A stretch of 41,191 bases of DNA from Candidatus Altiarchaeota archaeon (GTDB lineage: Archaea; Altiarchaeota; Altiarchaeia; IMC4; SCGC-AAA252-I15). The translations under genes were made by a program, and so were the position numbers. Location: assembly GCA_043800255.1 (NCBI GenBank), contig JAZDNF010000004.1, positions 1-41,191 on the forward strand. Direction: 5' to 3'. How positions within the stretch are numbered: position 1 is the first letter of the stretch; each line of letters starts with the position of its first letter. The notes below the pieces were generated by a model that did no database searches, had not been told where the DNA came from, and worked only from the letters and a program-made list of their open reading frames with translations. Below are positions 1 to 8,679 of this stretch, one piece after another.

Positions 1-14
1 GCTATCATATTACT

Positions 15-266
15 ATGACAACTCTTACGTTGAGTTTTGATGGGGTGTATGAGAGGATAATAGACCATATGCTTAGTTCCCGGATGGCGAAAACCAAGAG
101 CGAGGCGGTCAGGATGGCGCTGCTCTACTTTGGCATGAATACTGGAGCGCTGAAGAGCAAAAATATTCTGGAGAGCATCAGAACCGATCTGAGCAGAGAC
201 TCGCCCAAGCGCAGTGACATTGCGAAGGAGATCGAGAGGGCTAAGCATGCGACTGTTCGTAGATAG
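15..266 (+). CDS. Ribbon-helix-helix/CopG-like putative antitoxin
   Basis: N-terminal beta strand (TLTLSF) followed by a 'KTKSEAVRMAL' RHH helix; overlaps the start of the downstream PIN gene. Confidence 0.7.
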   Translation: MTTLTLSFDGVYERIIDHMLSSRMAKTKSEAVRMALLYFGMNTGALKSKNILESIRTDLSRDSPKRSDIAKEIERAKHATVRR

Positions 267-666
267 CTCCGTTCTAATCTACGGTTTAGAGCTCAGGGAT
301 TCCAACTCGGCGAGGATTCTGGATCTAATACACTTGGAGAAACTTCAGGGTGTGGTTAACGATAAGGTCATCCAGGAAGTCAGGGAGTACTTCAGGAGGA
401 GGCGCGGAAGACAATACGCGTTTCTCATCGAAGCCATCATCAGAGAAAATTATGAGATAGTACCGCCAGACAAAATAAAACCTTTCGTTGACCGGCTGAG
501 GGGCGGTGTCAAGGAAAAGGACTTGGAGCATTATGCGACTGTCAAAGCAGAACAGCTGTCTGACCTGGTTGCATACGACAGAGATTTCCTGAAACTGGCG
601 GAATATTCAACGCCGAGAGGATTCCTAAAAAAGATCGGTATGGAATGCCAAGATACAGAATACTGA
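247..666 (+). CDS. PIN-domain protein (VapC-like toxin)
   Basis: MRLFVDSSVLI, VIQEV, KDLEH, LVAYDRDF acidic PIN motifs; start moved to ATG 247. Confidence 0.85.
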   Translation: MRLFVDSSVLIYGLELRDSNSARILDLIHLEKLQGVVNDKVIQEVREYFRRRRGRQYAFLIEAIIRENYEIVPPDKIKPFVDRLRGGVKEKDLEHYATVKAEQLSDLVAYDRDFLKLAEYSTPRGFLKKIGMECQDTEY

Positions 667-766
667 CCGCTGCTATTCTTATTAACAGAAACCGACGTTT
701 AGTCGGCAGGTATTTATACCTTATTCCCCATACTTAAATCCGTATTTGTTCTGCGGGTGGTTTGGG

Positions 767-2776
767 TTGAAGGAGAAGGTTGAAGGTTTTCTGAAGAAGA
801 AGTCTAAAGACATCAAGCAGATTGGCGAGTTCTACCCTGAGAAGAAGAGCCTGATTATTGACTGGCAGGAGCTTGAACGCTACGACAAGGAGCTGGCGGA
901 GGAGCTGATAAAAAAACCGGACGACACCATACTACTCTTTGAGGACCTGCTCAAGGAGAACCCCATCTTCACAACCCTGGAGGAGCCTAAATTCCACGTC
1001 CGCTTCTCAAACCTTCCGAAGGAGAAAGACTACAGTGTGATGGTGAGGAACCTCACGACAGACTACATCAGGCGGCTCGTTTCAGTTGATGGCATAGTAA
1101 ACAAGATAGGCGATGTCCTCCCGAAGGTTCAGGAGGGGAGGTTCATCTGCATCAAATGCGGCGAACACAACATTGAGCCGCAGCCTGACAGCCTGCTCAG
1201 GGAGCCGATAAAGTGCAAGAACTGCGGGAGAAGGGAGTTCCGCTTCGACGCTGATAATTCAACCTACATTGACATCCAGCGGCTTGAGATACAGGAGCCA
1301 TTGGAGATGCTTCGCGGGGGGGAGCAGGCCAGGCGCATAGAAGTGTGGACCGAAGACGATCTAACGGACGTTGTGACAGCAGGCGACACGATTACGGTGA
1401 CTGGGATATTGCGGCTGCGGCCTCCGCAGAAGAAGGGCTCAGTATACTTCAAGTACCTAGAGTCCAATTACATCGAAAAGATTGAGTCAGAGTTCGAGGA
1501 CATACAGATATCTGACGAGGAGAAGAAGGAGATAATGAAGCTGTCCAAGGACCCGAAACTGTATGACAAGATTGTAAACTCCATAGCTCCTTCAATATAC
1601 GGCTACCATGAGGTTAAGGAGGCCATAGCCTTGCAGCTTTTCGGCGGTAGACACGGGAAAAAACTCCCGGACGGGACTTCAGTCAGAGCTGACATACACC
1701 TGCTGCTGGTCGGAGACCCGGGCGTCGCTAAATCGAGGATGCTCCAATATGTTGATCAGATTGCGCCGAAGAGCATATACGTCACAGGTAAGGGCACAAC
1801 CGGGGCAGGCCTTACCGCCACAGCGGAGAAGGACGAGTTCGCCGAAGGCTCATGGACTCTGAAGGCTGGCGCTCTCGTACTGGCAGGCGGCGGGATAGCG
1901 GCGATAGACGAGTTCGACAAGATGGATCCAGGCGACAGGAGCGCCATGCACGAGGCTATGGAGCAGCAGACAATATCCGTTGCAAAGGCCGGGATTGTGG
2001 CAAAATTCAAAGCCAACACTTCCGTTCTCGCAGCCTCGAACCCGAAATACAGCAGATTCGACAATTACAAGCCGATTGCGGAACAGTTCGACATCCCCCC
2101 AACATTGATAAGCAGGTTCGACCTGATATTCCCGATAAGGGACATACTCGACAGCGAGACCGACCGGCAGATCGCCACCCAGATGCTCAAGATGCACAGA
2201 ACAGAGAAAGAGCTGAAGGAGATAGAGCCTCCAATAGCGGCCGACTTTTTCAGGAAGTACATAGCATACGCGCGGGTGAACTCCCACCCGATACTGACGG
2301 ACGACAGCGCGGAGAAGATTAAAGAATACTATGTTAGCATCAGGGCGAGGAGCAGCGGAGGCGCGGCCGCGGCAACGCCAAGGCAGCTTGAGGCCATCGT
2401 CAGGATGGCGGAAAGCTCTTCCAAGATGCGGTTAGACGACACGGTCACCGTTGAAGACGTCGAGAGGGCGATAAACCTGACCGAGTTCGTCCTCAAGGAG
2501 ATAGCATACGATCAGGCCACCGGCCTTTTCGACATAGACCGGGTCGTCACAGACCATCCCAAATCCACCAGAGACCGTATCAGGACCATAGAATCTATAA
2601 TAAGGGAGCTTATCAAGGCCAGCGACGACGGCACGGCCAACAGGGACGAGATAATCGGGAAAGCTTTGGACTCCAAAATCGACAAATTCGAGATAGAGAA
2701 GCTGATTGACGAGCTGAAGAAGAAAGGCGACATCTACGAGCCCAGGCACGGCAAATACAAGCTCACCGAAGAGTAG
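767..2776 (+). CDS. mcm: MCM replicative helicase
   Basis: CxxC..CxxC Zn finger, Walker A GDPGVAKS, Walker B IDEFDKM, SRFD Arg finger, C-terminal wHTH; TTG 767 preferred because of upstream GGTGG (ORF open from 746); no intein. Confidence 0.97.
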   Translation: MKEKVEGFLKKKSKDIKQIGEFYPEKKSLIIDWQELERYDKELAEELIKKPDDTILLFEDLLKENPIFTTLEEPKFHVRFSNLPKEKDYSVMVRNLTTDYIRRLVSVDGIVNKIGDVLPKVQEGRFICIKCGEHNIEPQPDSLLREPIKCKNCGRREFRFDADNSTYIDIQRLEIQEPLEMLRGGEQARRIEVWTEDDLTDVVTAGDTITVTGILRLRPPQKKGSVYFKYLESNYIEKIESEFEDIQISDEEKKEIMKLSKDPKLYDKIVNSIAPSIYGYHEVKEAIALQLFGGRHGKKLPDGTSVRADIHLLLVGDPGVAKSRMLQYVDQIAPKSIYVTGKGTTGAGLTATAEKDEFAEGSWTLKAGALVLAGGGIAAIDEFDKMDPGDRSAMHEAMEQQTISVAKAGIVAKFKANTSVLAASNPKYSRFDNYKPIAEQFDIPPTLISRFDLIFPIRDILDSETDRQIATQMLKMHRTEKELKEIEPPIAADFFRKYIAYARVNSHPILTDDSAEKIKEYYVSIRARSSGGAAAATPRQLEAIVRMAESSSKMRLDDTVTVEDVERAINLTEFVLKEIAYDQATGLFDIDRVVTDHPKSTRDRIRTIESIIRELIKASDDGTANRDEIIGKALDSKIDKFEIEKLIDELKKKGDIYEPRHGKYKLTEE

Positions 2777-2779
2777 ACG

Positions 2780-3571
2780 ATGAAACACCTGAAGCCTCTG
2801 CTGCTTGTCGTGCTGGTCTACCTCTTCATTCAGTCTGTCGGCCTCTACGTCGGCAGGGCCCTGATACTGGAGATGGCTAAGGGCGAGGCTTCAGTCATAA
2901 AGCCCATCACAGACAACCCTGAGAGCATAGGATCTTCATTCAAGCTCTTCGGTTATGTTCTCATAATGACCGGCGTACTCCTCATCCTCCTCAAATACGG
3001 CCTCTCTTTTATCATACGGTTCATGATGTACGCTGCGATGCTGATGGGAACCGCACTGTCAGCCGGCGTGCTATTCGGGGATGCCGGCATACTGCTGGCG
3101 CTGCTCCTCGTCGTCTCAGCAGCAGCCTGGAAGAACAACATCTCAGTCGTCAACACGACATTGCTGTTCACCATCTCAGGCATCGGAGCATTGATTGGAG
3201 CATCATTAGCCTTCAAGCCGGCCCTAATATTCCTCCTGGTGCTTTCAGCCTACGACCTTATTGCGGTTTTCGGCACCAAACACATGGTCACATTAGCCGA
3301 CAAGTCGAAGGGCAGGTTCCCGTTCATGTTCCTCATCCCAGTCGGCGACAGAAAGCTCGGCCTCGGCACAGGCGACCTCGCAATCCCGCTGGCATTCACA
3401 GTCTCAGTCCTCCGGGACTACTCACTATCAGAGGCAGCCTCAACAGCACTGGGAGGCCTCCTAGGCCTGACACTAATGTTCGCCTACATCCTCAAAAAAG
3501 AGACTGTCGCACTACCCGCCCTCCCCCCGCTAGCAGCAGGACTCATACTCGGATTCCTAACAAGTCTCTAA
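2780..3571 (+). CDS. Presenilin/signal-peptide-peptidase-like intramembrane aspartyl protease (A22)
   Basis: Multi-TM protein with YD (AYDLIAV), GxGD (LGTGD) and PAL (PALPPL) motifs. Confidence 0.92.
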   Translation: MKHLKPLLLVVLVYLFIQSVGLYVGRALILEMAKGEASVIKPITDNPESIGSSFKLFGYVLIMTGVLLILLKYGLSFIIRFMMYAAMLMGTALSAGVLFGDAGILLALLLVVSAAAWKNNISVVNTTLLFTISGIGALIGASLAFKPALIFLLVLSAYDLIAVFGTKHMVTLADKSKGRFPFMFLIPVGDRKLGLGTGDLAIPLAFTVSVLRDYSLSEAASTALGGLLGLTLMFAYILKKETVALPALPPLAAGLILGFLTSL

Positions 3572-3580
3572 ACCGCGGGG

Positions 3581-4435
3581 CTACCGTCCCCTTGTTTTTA
3601 ATTCAACTCCTGATTCGTCCTCGATTATCTTTTTGAATCTCTCCAAGAGCGCTTTTTGTTTTTCCTCTTGCGGCGTTACGGTCTTTGATGCGTATCTAAT
3701 CACACTCTCCACCCATCCTAACATCGGTCGGCTGTAGAATGATTTGTCATCTGTGATTATGGCATCAGAGCCCTTTTCCGAGTCGAACAATATTAGCGCT
3801 TCCTCATCCTTCCCAAAAGTCCCGCTCCAATAGGTTTCTGACTCTTTGCACCTCTTCACGAGCCTGCCGACCGCACGCAGGCAGTCATCCAACGGAGTCA
3901 TATCCCCGTTTTCGTTGTAACCCCTGGCCGCGTCTTTTACTCTCTCAGTGAAAGGAATCCCTCTCGGCTCTACGACATAAAACAGGTTGCTCTTCTGGTC
4001 GTGAATTACTGCCGCCTGGGGGACGACAGGGAGTCCCTGCGTGTATTGGTCCATCGTCTTCCCGCATTCTGCGATGACCTCGTCGGCTCCCTTGTTCAGG
4101 TGGGATGATTTTATCACAGCGCGTTCTCCGATTTTGACCGATTCCCTGCTGGTGCTCGTATGCAGTTTGTCAGCATCAGAAAAGCCGTCTAAATACTTGT
4201 CTAAATCTTCGACACTGTAGACTGGGACTTTCACCTTTTTCTCAAGGTAATCTCTGGTTATACTAACCTCCCGCAGTTCAGGATGCCCCCCCTCAACTAT
4301 GCTACCCAGACCGAGGGCTTTCATCTGCTCGCCCGCCTTCTTCAACAGCGCATCAGATGTCAACTCTCCTACACCCTTCGGAAGCCTAAACTGCTCAAGC
4401 ACGCCCTGCTGAAATCTGACCTCCTCCTTGTGCAT
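3581..4435 (-). CDS. Hypothetical protein, degenerate protein-kinase-like (RIO/Kdo/Bud32) fold
   Basis: Ordered motifs AVIK, AE, GLPVVP, YVVE, VGRLVKR, IITDD; no HxD..N. Confidence 0.5.
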   Translation of the reverse strand: MHKEEVRFQQGVLEQFRLPKGVGELTSDALLKKAGEQMKALGLGSIVEGGHPELREVSITRDYLEKKVKVPVYSVEDLDKYLDGFSDADKLHTSTSRESVKIGERAVIKSSHLNKGADEVIAECGKTMDQYTQGLPVVPQAAVIHDQKSNLFYVVEPRGIPFTERVKDAARGYNENGDMTPLDDCLRAVGRLVKRCKESETYWSGTFGKDEEALILFDSEKGSDAIITDDKSFYSRPMLGWVESVIRYASKTVTPQEEKQKALLERFKKIIEDESGVELKTRGR

Positions 4436-4455
4436 AAAATACTATAGGGCGAGCA

Positions 4456-4470
4456 GGAAGAAAAGAAAAA
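4456..4470 (-). terminator. Oligo-U terminator after tRNA
   Basis: TTTTTCTTTTCTTCC on the minus strand directly after the tRNA 3' end. Confidence 0.6.
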
Positions 4471-4471
4471 G

Positions 4472-4602
4472 TAGCGGGGGGTGGATTTGAACCACCGACC
4501 TTCGGGTTTCTTAACTCAAGCGCTGCCCGTGAAGGCAGAGCGAGTCCGCGAAGCGGACGAGTGTATGAGCCCGACGAGCACTCCTGGCTGCTCAACCCCG
4601 CT
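4472..4602 (-). tRNA. Initiator tRNA-Met(CAT) with 56-nt intron at 37/38 (4508-4563)
   Basis: A1-U72 acceptor AGCGGGG/CCCCGCT, three G-C pairs in the anticodon stem, CTCATA^intron^ACCCGA, GGTTCAAATCC T-loop; full CCA not encoded. Confidence 0.95.
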
Positions 4603-4615
4603 ATTAGGTTTTGTG

Positions 4616-4713
4616 CACAGCGGATTATACGTGTCATCGAGTGGCCGGAAGGCCACGAAGATGGCACAATCTGCCGGCTGGATTTCCAGCCGCTGGCAGT
4701 TAACCCCGCTGTG
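4616..4713 (-). ncRNA. Structured RNA / pre-tRNA leader of unknown type
   Basis: Closing stem CACAGCGG/CCGCTGTG enclosing two GC-rich hairpins; TATA-like element about 25 nt upstream (4731-4741). Confidence 0.55.
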
Positions 4714-4780
4714 TTGTGTTTTTTTGGTGCTTTATATTTATGATGTTGCCGTATAAAAGATGTCTTTCCCATAGTTTTAT

Positions 4781-4843
4781 TGTCCAGATGATGAAAGCGA
4801 AGTAGGCTGACCGAGTGAAGACAAGGGTAGCTGCTGATGGGCA
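4781..4843 (+). ncRNA. Box C/D dual-guide sRNA (23S rRNA 2'-O-methylation guide)
   Basis: C ATGATGA 4788-4794, D' CTGA 4807-4810, C' GTGAAGA 4815-4821, D CTGA 4834-4837, two 12-nt guides, terminal stem TGTCCA/TGGGCA, TATAAAA at 4752-4758. Confidence 0.92.
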
Positions 4844-4862
4844 CCGTGTGTTGGTTTTTACG

Positions 4863-6821
4863 ATGTTGTCGGAGAAGTACGCTCAGAGGGCTAAGTTGGC
4901 TGCTGAGAAGGCTAAGCCGATACGTAATATTGACAAGCCGAGGGTTGCTTCTCCCACTCTTGTGAGCTGTGATGTTCCTGAGGCGGGAGTTGATGTTTGC
5001 GCTGGCAGGGAGTGGCTTCTGACGAACAGTATGGGCGGTTATTCCTCCTCTACTGTGTTGGGTTTGAACGTTAGGAGATATCATGGGCTTCTTGTTCCAT
5101 CATATGGGGGGCTTGTGAGGAGGCTTCTGTTGCACGGTTTCGAGGAGGCTTTGGAAACGTCTGAAGGCGTTCTGAGGCTGTCATGCGTGGATGCTGGAGG
5201 CTCATCTGGTGAGGGTTTCAAGCTCCTCAAGAGCTTCGAGTTGCATCCTACTGCTGTCTGTTTCGGTTATGATTCTGGACCTGTAACGGTTTACAAGAGG
5301 GTTAGCATGCTGTCTGAGGAGAATGCTGTCCTAGTCTCCTATGATGTTGGGAATGATGGAGATTCTGATGTAACCTTTAGCGTGAGGCCTCTGCTGAATT
5401 CTAGATTGCATTCCAGTCTCTCGACCGGTGGGAATTTCAGTTATAGTGTCATCCCTGTCGGCGGAAGCGGGGTCGCGTTCAGGACGGCGGAAGATTATCT
5501 ATTCCTTTACTGTGATTGCGGGGGCTACTCTCCTGAGGCTCCTAAGATCAGAGAGAATGTCTTTTACAGGGCGGAGAAATCTTCCGAGAGCTGTCTTGAG
5601 GCAGGCTCATTCACAGTTAAGGTTGGCTCCAGGAGCCAGCGGACTGTAAACTTCTCTGCCGTAGGCTATCCTACTGAGGGTGCTGCGGGGCCTGTCATGA
5701 AACGGATTCTCGATGTGGGTTTCAAGAACCTCGCAGGCTCCTGCAGGAATGTGCTGATGGGGTCTCCCATGATGTGCCTGTTATCGATGGCCGATTCTTT
5801 TGTCGTTGATTTCAGGCATAAGAGGGCGGTGGTGGCAGGCTACCCCCATTATGGTTTCAGATCCAGGGACGCTCTCATCTCGATGCCAGGTCTTATGCTG
5901 ATTAACGGCAGGCTGGGTGATGCGCGAAGCCTCTTGGAGTGCCTGCTGAACAATGTGAAGGCTGGCCGTGTGCCGTCAGAATTTGTCGGCGGAGACCCTG
6001 TTTACGGTAATCTCGACAGTTCCCTCTGGTGTGTTGACAGGCTCAGAGAGTACGTCAGGTACGCTGGCTTTGAGGAGGGTAAGGCGTTCCTCCACACCTA
6101 CTGGTGGACTGTCAAAGACATCATGCTGAACTTTGCGAATCTTGAGCGGGATGGTATGCTTGCCGCGGAGGCTGACAGTTGGACTGGTGTCAGGAAATCC
6201 CCGGTAGAGTTGCAGGGCCTCTGGTATAACGCGCTCAAGACTGTCGAGTATTTGAGCGGGCGGTTCGGGTACGAGATGCCTGACCTGAGGTTGGACGGTC
6301 TTCTGGAGCGTTTCGAAGAGAACTTCCTTGAGAAATACTGGAGAGACCATTATCTTCTGGATTCAGTAGGCTGCGATGACTTCAGGCCGAACCAGATTCT
6401 TATGCTTTCTATGGAATACTGTCCTCTGAAGAGCGAGTACGCGGTGAGGATTCTTGACCAGGCTGAGATTGCCCTTTTGACGTCTTACGGCCTTAGGAGC
6501 CTGGAGCAGCAGAGTCCGAAATACGATTCTGAAGGCTTCAGGAACCCTTACGATGGGGCTGTCTTCCCGTGGCTTTTCGGCCCCTACGTCAGGGCTTACT
6601 TGCGTTTCATGGGCGACAGCAGTAGGACAGCATTCAAGAAGATGCTGGACGACTTCTTCTCTCTGGTCATCTGGGAGGATGGCATCGGCTCTGTCAGCGA
6701 ATACTATGCTGGCGCCAAAAAGTTCGTTGGCGGGGGATGCCCCTTCTATGCGTTGAGCGTCGCAGAGCCTCTGAGAGCCTACTTTGAGGATGTGATGGGA
6801 CGGAAGCCTGCGCTACCTTGA
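4863..6821 (+). CDS. Glycogen debranching enzyme-like (amylo-alpha-1,6-glucosidase, GH133), divergent
   Basis: EWLLTNSMGGYSSST, RRYHGLL, VVAGYP..RD, RPNQI, GLRSL, SVAE; start set to ATG 4863 because GTG 4815 lies inside the C/D sRNA. Confidence 0.85.
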   Translation: MLSEKYAQRAKLAAEKAKPIRNIDKPRVASPTLVSCDVPEAGVDVCAGREWLLTNSMGGYSSSTVLGLNVRRYHGLLVPSYGGLVRRLLLHGFEEALETSEGVLRLSCVDAGGSSGEGFKLLKSFELHPTAVCFGYDSGPVTVYKRVSMLSEENAVLVSYDVGNDGDSDVTFSVRPLLNSRLHSSLSTGGNFSYSVIPVGGSGVAFRTAEDYLFLYCDCGGYSPEAPKIRENVFYRAEKSSESCLEAGSFTVKVGSRSQRTVNFSAVGYPTEGAAGPVMKRILDVGFKNLAGSCRNVLMGSPMMCLLSMADSFVVDFRHKRAVVAGYPHYGFRSRDALISMPGLMLINGRLGDARSLLECLLNNVKAGRVPSEFVGGDPVYGNLDSSLWCVDRLREYVRYAGFEEGKAFLHTYWWTVKDIMLNFANLERDGMLAAEADSWTGVRKSPVELQGLWYNALKTVEYLSGRFGYEMPDLRLDGLLERFEENFLEKYWRDHYLLDSVGCDDFRPNQILMLSMEYCPLKSEYAVRILDQAEIALLTSYGLRSLEQQSPKYDSEGFRNPYDGAVFPWLFGPYVRAYLRFMGDSSRTAFKKMLDDFFSLVIWEDGIGSVSEYYAGAKKFVGGGCPFYALSVAEPLRAYFEDVMGRKPALP

Positions 6822-8609
6822 CCTGAAAGCCTTTTCCACTGCTAGGTCATGTGCTACTATGTAGTTTTTGACGAAGTCGCCCCAGTCTGCGTGGGTTGAG
6901 AGCATTTTTGCGTTGATGCGCCTCTCAGACAGCTCGTTTTTTGTCAGGTTCGCTATCTCGTACAGTTTCTTGGCCAGGTCTTCGACAATATCCTCCCACC
7001 TGCGTCCTTCAATCTTCAGGACGTGGACTCCTCTTCCCCTGCCTTCTATGAACTTGCCGAAGCCTGCGCAGTCTGTCGTTATCGCGAGGCTCCCCTGCGC
7101 TATGGTCTCCAGCGGCGTGTAACCCCACGGCTCATAGTATGAGGGGAAGACTCCGACGTCGCATGTTATCGTTGCCTCGTTGTAGTCCAATGAGATGAGC
7201 CTGTCAGCTGGTGACAGATAGGATGGGTAGAATATGACCTTCACTTTGTCCTCCTTCCTGTTCAGCAGCTGGTTCTGCTTGAAGGCCCTTATTATCTGGT
7301 CGTCGTCCTCCGGCGTTGCCAGCTGGTAGGCGCAGAGCGGCGGACTCTGCCCTCTCTTTTCTGTGAAGTGTGCTGCGAGTTTCTTACAGGTCTGCATGAA
7401 CTCGTCTGATATCAAGTCCTTAGGTATCTCCCCCTTCACGAGGTGTCCTATCATCATATCCTCGACTTCCGGGAGGTATTCTGCAACGTGGTCGTGCAGT
7501 TCCTCATAGAGTGCCTTGTTCTTCAGCACCTGGAAGTCCTCCCCCCTGGTTTCCTTCGGAATCCAGAAGAAGACGATGACGGTCTTGTCTGTCTGGTCCT
7601 TCTTCATCTTCTCGTTTAGTTTTCCGAGGGCTTCGATGAAGAGGTCGATGCCTTTGTTGTGGAACTCGTACCTGCCCGATATGAACATGCTCCTGATGTT
7701 GTAGAAGTCCATCTCATAGTATCTAGAGAAGTAGGCTATCAGGAAGTCCCTCATCTGCATCCTGTTCTTCCTCCTCAGTATGGTGAGGTCTTCGAGGCCA
7801 GGGTATTTCTCGAAGTCTATGCCGTTGAGGGTCAGTATGTCCGGCTCCCTGCCGAGGATGAACCTGACCTCGCGCGCTGTCACTTTGCTCACCGTAGTCA
7901 GTACATCACATTCTCTGGCGCATGCGAGCTCTGTTGTGTGCTTCGCTGAGATGTCGAATCTGCCGGCTCTTCTCAGGTTCTCTTCGCCGTCTTTGCCCTC
8001 CTCTATCATCCTGTAGAGGTCTTCGTTGCTTGATACTATGGTTCTGCCGAGTGTTGTGGCGTGTGTCGTGAAGACGGTGCCTATCCTCACCTTGTTCTTC
8101 TTCAGGTATAGCAGCGCTCCTCCGGCGAGCCATTCGTGAAAGTGTGCGACGCATTTCAGTTTCTTGAATTTTTCCTCCTTCATTAGCTCCTCGAGGAACA
8201 TTCCCGCCGACGTTGACCAGACGACGGAGTCGTTGAACATCTGGTCTGAGCGTATCGAGTCGACCTGGTATTTTTCCCACAGGTTTTTCTTTATCTCGTT
8301 GACCTGGCTTTTCAAGGCGGTCGGCTCCAGCAGTATCGTCTTAGGCCGGCCTCCTATGAGCCAGATGCCCCATCTGCATCTGATGCCTTTTCTCTCCAGC
8401 CGGCTGAACGCTTTTTTGACCTCTTCTGGCGGTTCCTGCTCTTCGAACTCTATTTTCGCGCTTTCTGCGTTGTAGGGTCCTAGGGTGTGGTACTTTTCGC
8501 CGTACTCTCTGCTCATGTAGTAGGCTTTCGACTTCAACACCTGGTATATGCCTCCTACTTTGTTGCACACCTCCTGGGAGACTTCGAAGACGCAGTCAGC
8601 CGTTTTCAT
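6813..8609 (-). CDS. Glycogen synthase, GT3 family
   Basis: EVCNKVGGIY, HFHEW, FTTHAT.LGR, GRYEFHNKG, FPSYYEPWGYTPLE. Confidence 0.93.
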   Translation of the reverse strand: MKTADCVFEVSQEVCNKVGGIYQVLKSKAYYMSREYGEKYHTLGPYNAESAKIEFEEQEPPEEVKKAFSRLERKGIRCRWGIWLIGGRPKTILLEPTALKSQVNEIKKNLWEKYQVDSIRSDQMFNDSVVWSTSAGMFLEELMKEEKFKKLKCVAHFHEWLAGGALLYLKKNKVRIGTVFTTHATTLGRTIVSSNEDLYRMIEEGKDGEENLRRAGRFDISAKHTTELACARECDVLTTVSKVTAREVRFILGREPDILTLNGIDFEKYPGLEDLTILRRKNRMQMRDFLIAYFSRYYEMDFYNIRSMFISGRYEFHNKGIDLFIEALGKLNEKMKKDQTDKTVIVFFWIPKETRGEDFQVLKNKALYEELHDHVAEYLPEVEDMMIGHLVKGEIPKDLISDEFMQTCKKLAAHFTEKRGQSPPLCAYQLATPEDDDQIIRAFKQNQLLNRKEDKVKVIFYPSYLSPADRLISLDYNEATITCDVGVFPSYYEPWGYTPLETIAQGSLAITTDCAGFGKFIEGRGRGVHVLKIEGRRWEDIVEDLAKKLYEIANLTKNELSERRINAKMLSTHADWGDFVKNYIVAHDLAVEKAFRSR

Positions 8610-8632
8610 ATTATGGAATTACCTATGAGAGT

Positions 8633-8659
8633 AAAAAAGAGCAGCCGATGTTCGGTTGC
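8633..8659 (-). terminator. Hairpin plus oligo-U
   Basis: GCAACCGA-ACA-TCGGCTGC (one mismatch) followed by TCTTTTTT on the minus strand, after the small ORF. Confidence 0.4.
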
Positions 8660-8679
8660 AGGCTGGGGTGGTGCAGCGG

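Noticed and set aside
767-2776. Intein in MCM, or viral/plasmid origin of the TA-mcm region
   Set aside because: Normal length with continuous motifs; no integrase, att repeat or viral genes seen
4395-5084. 229-aa minus ORF and small plus ORFs at 4481 and 4561
   Set aside because: They run through the tRNA, leader RNA, C/D sRNA and debranching gene
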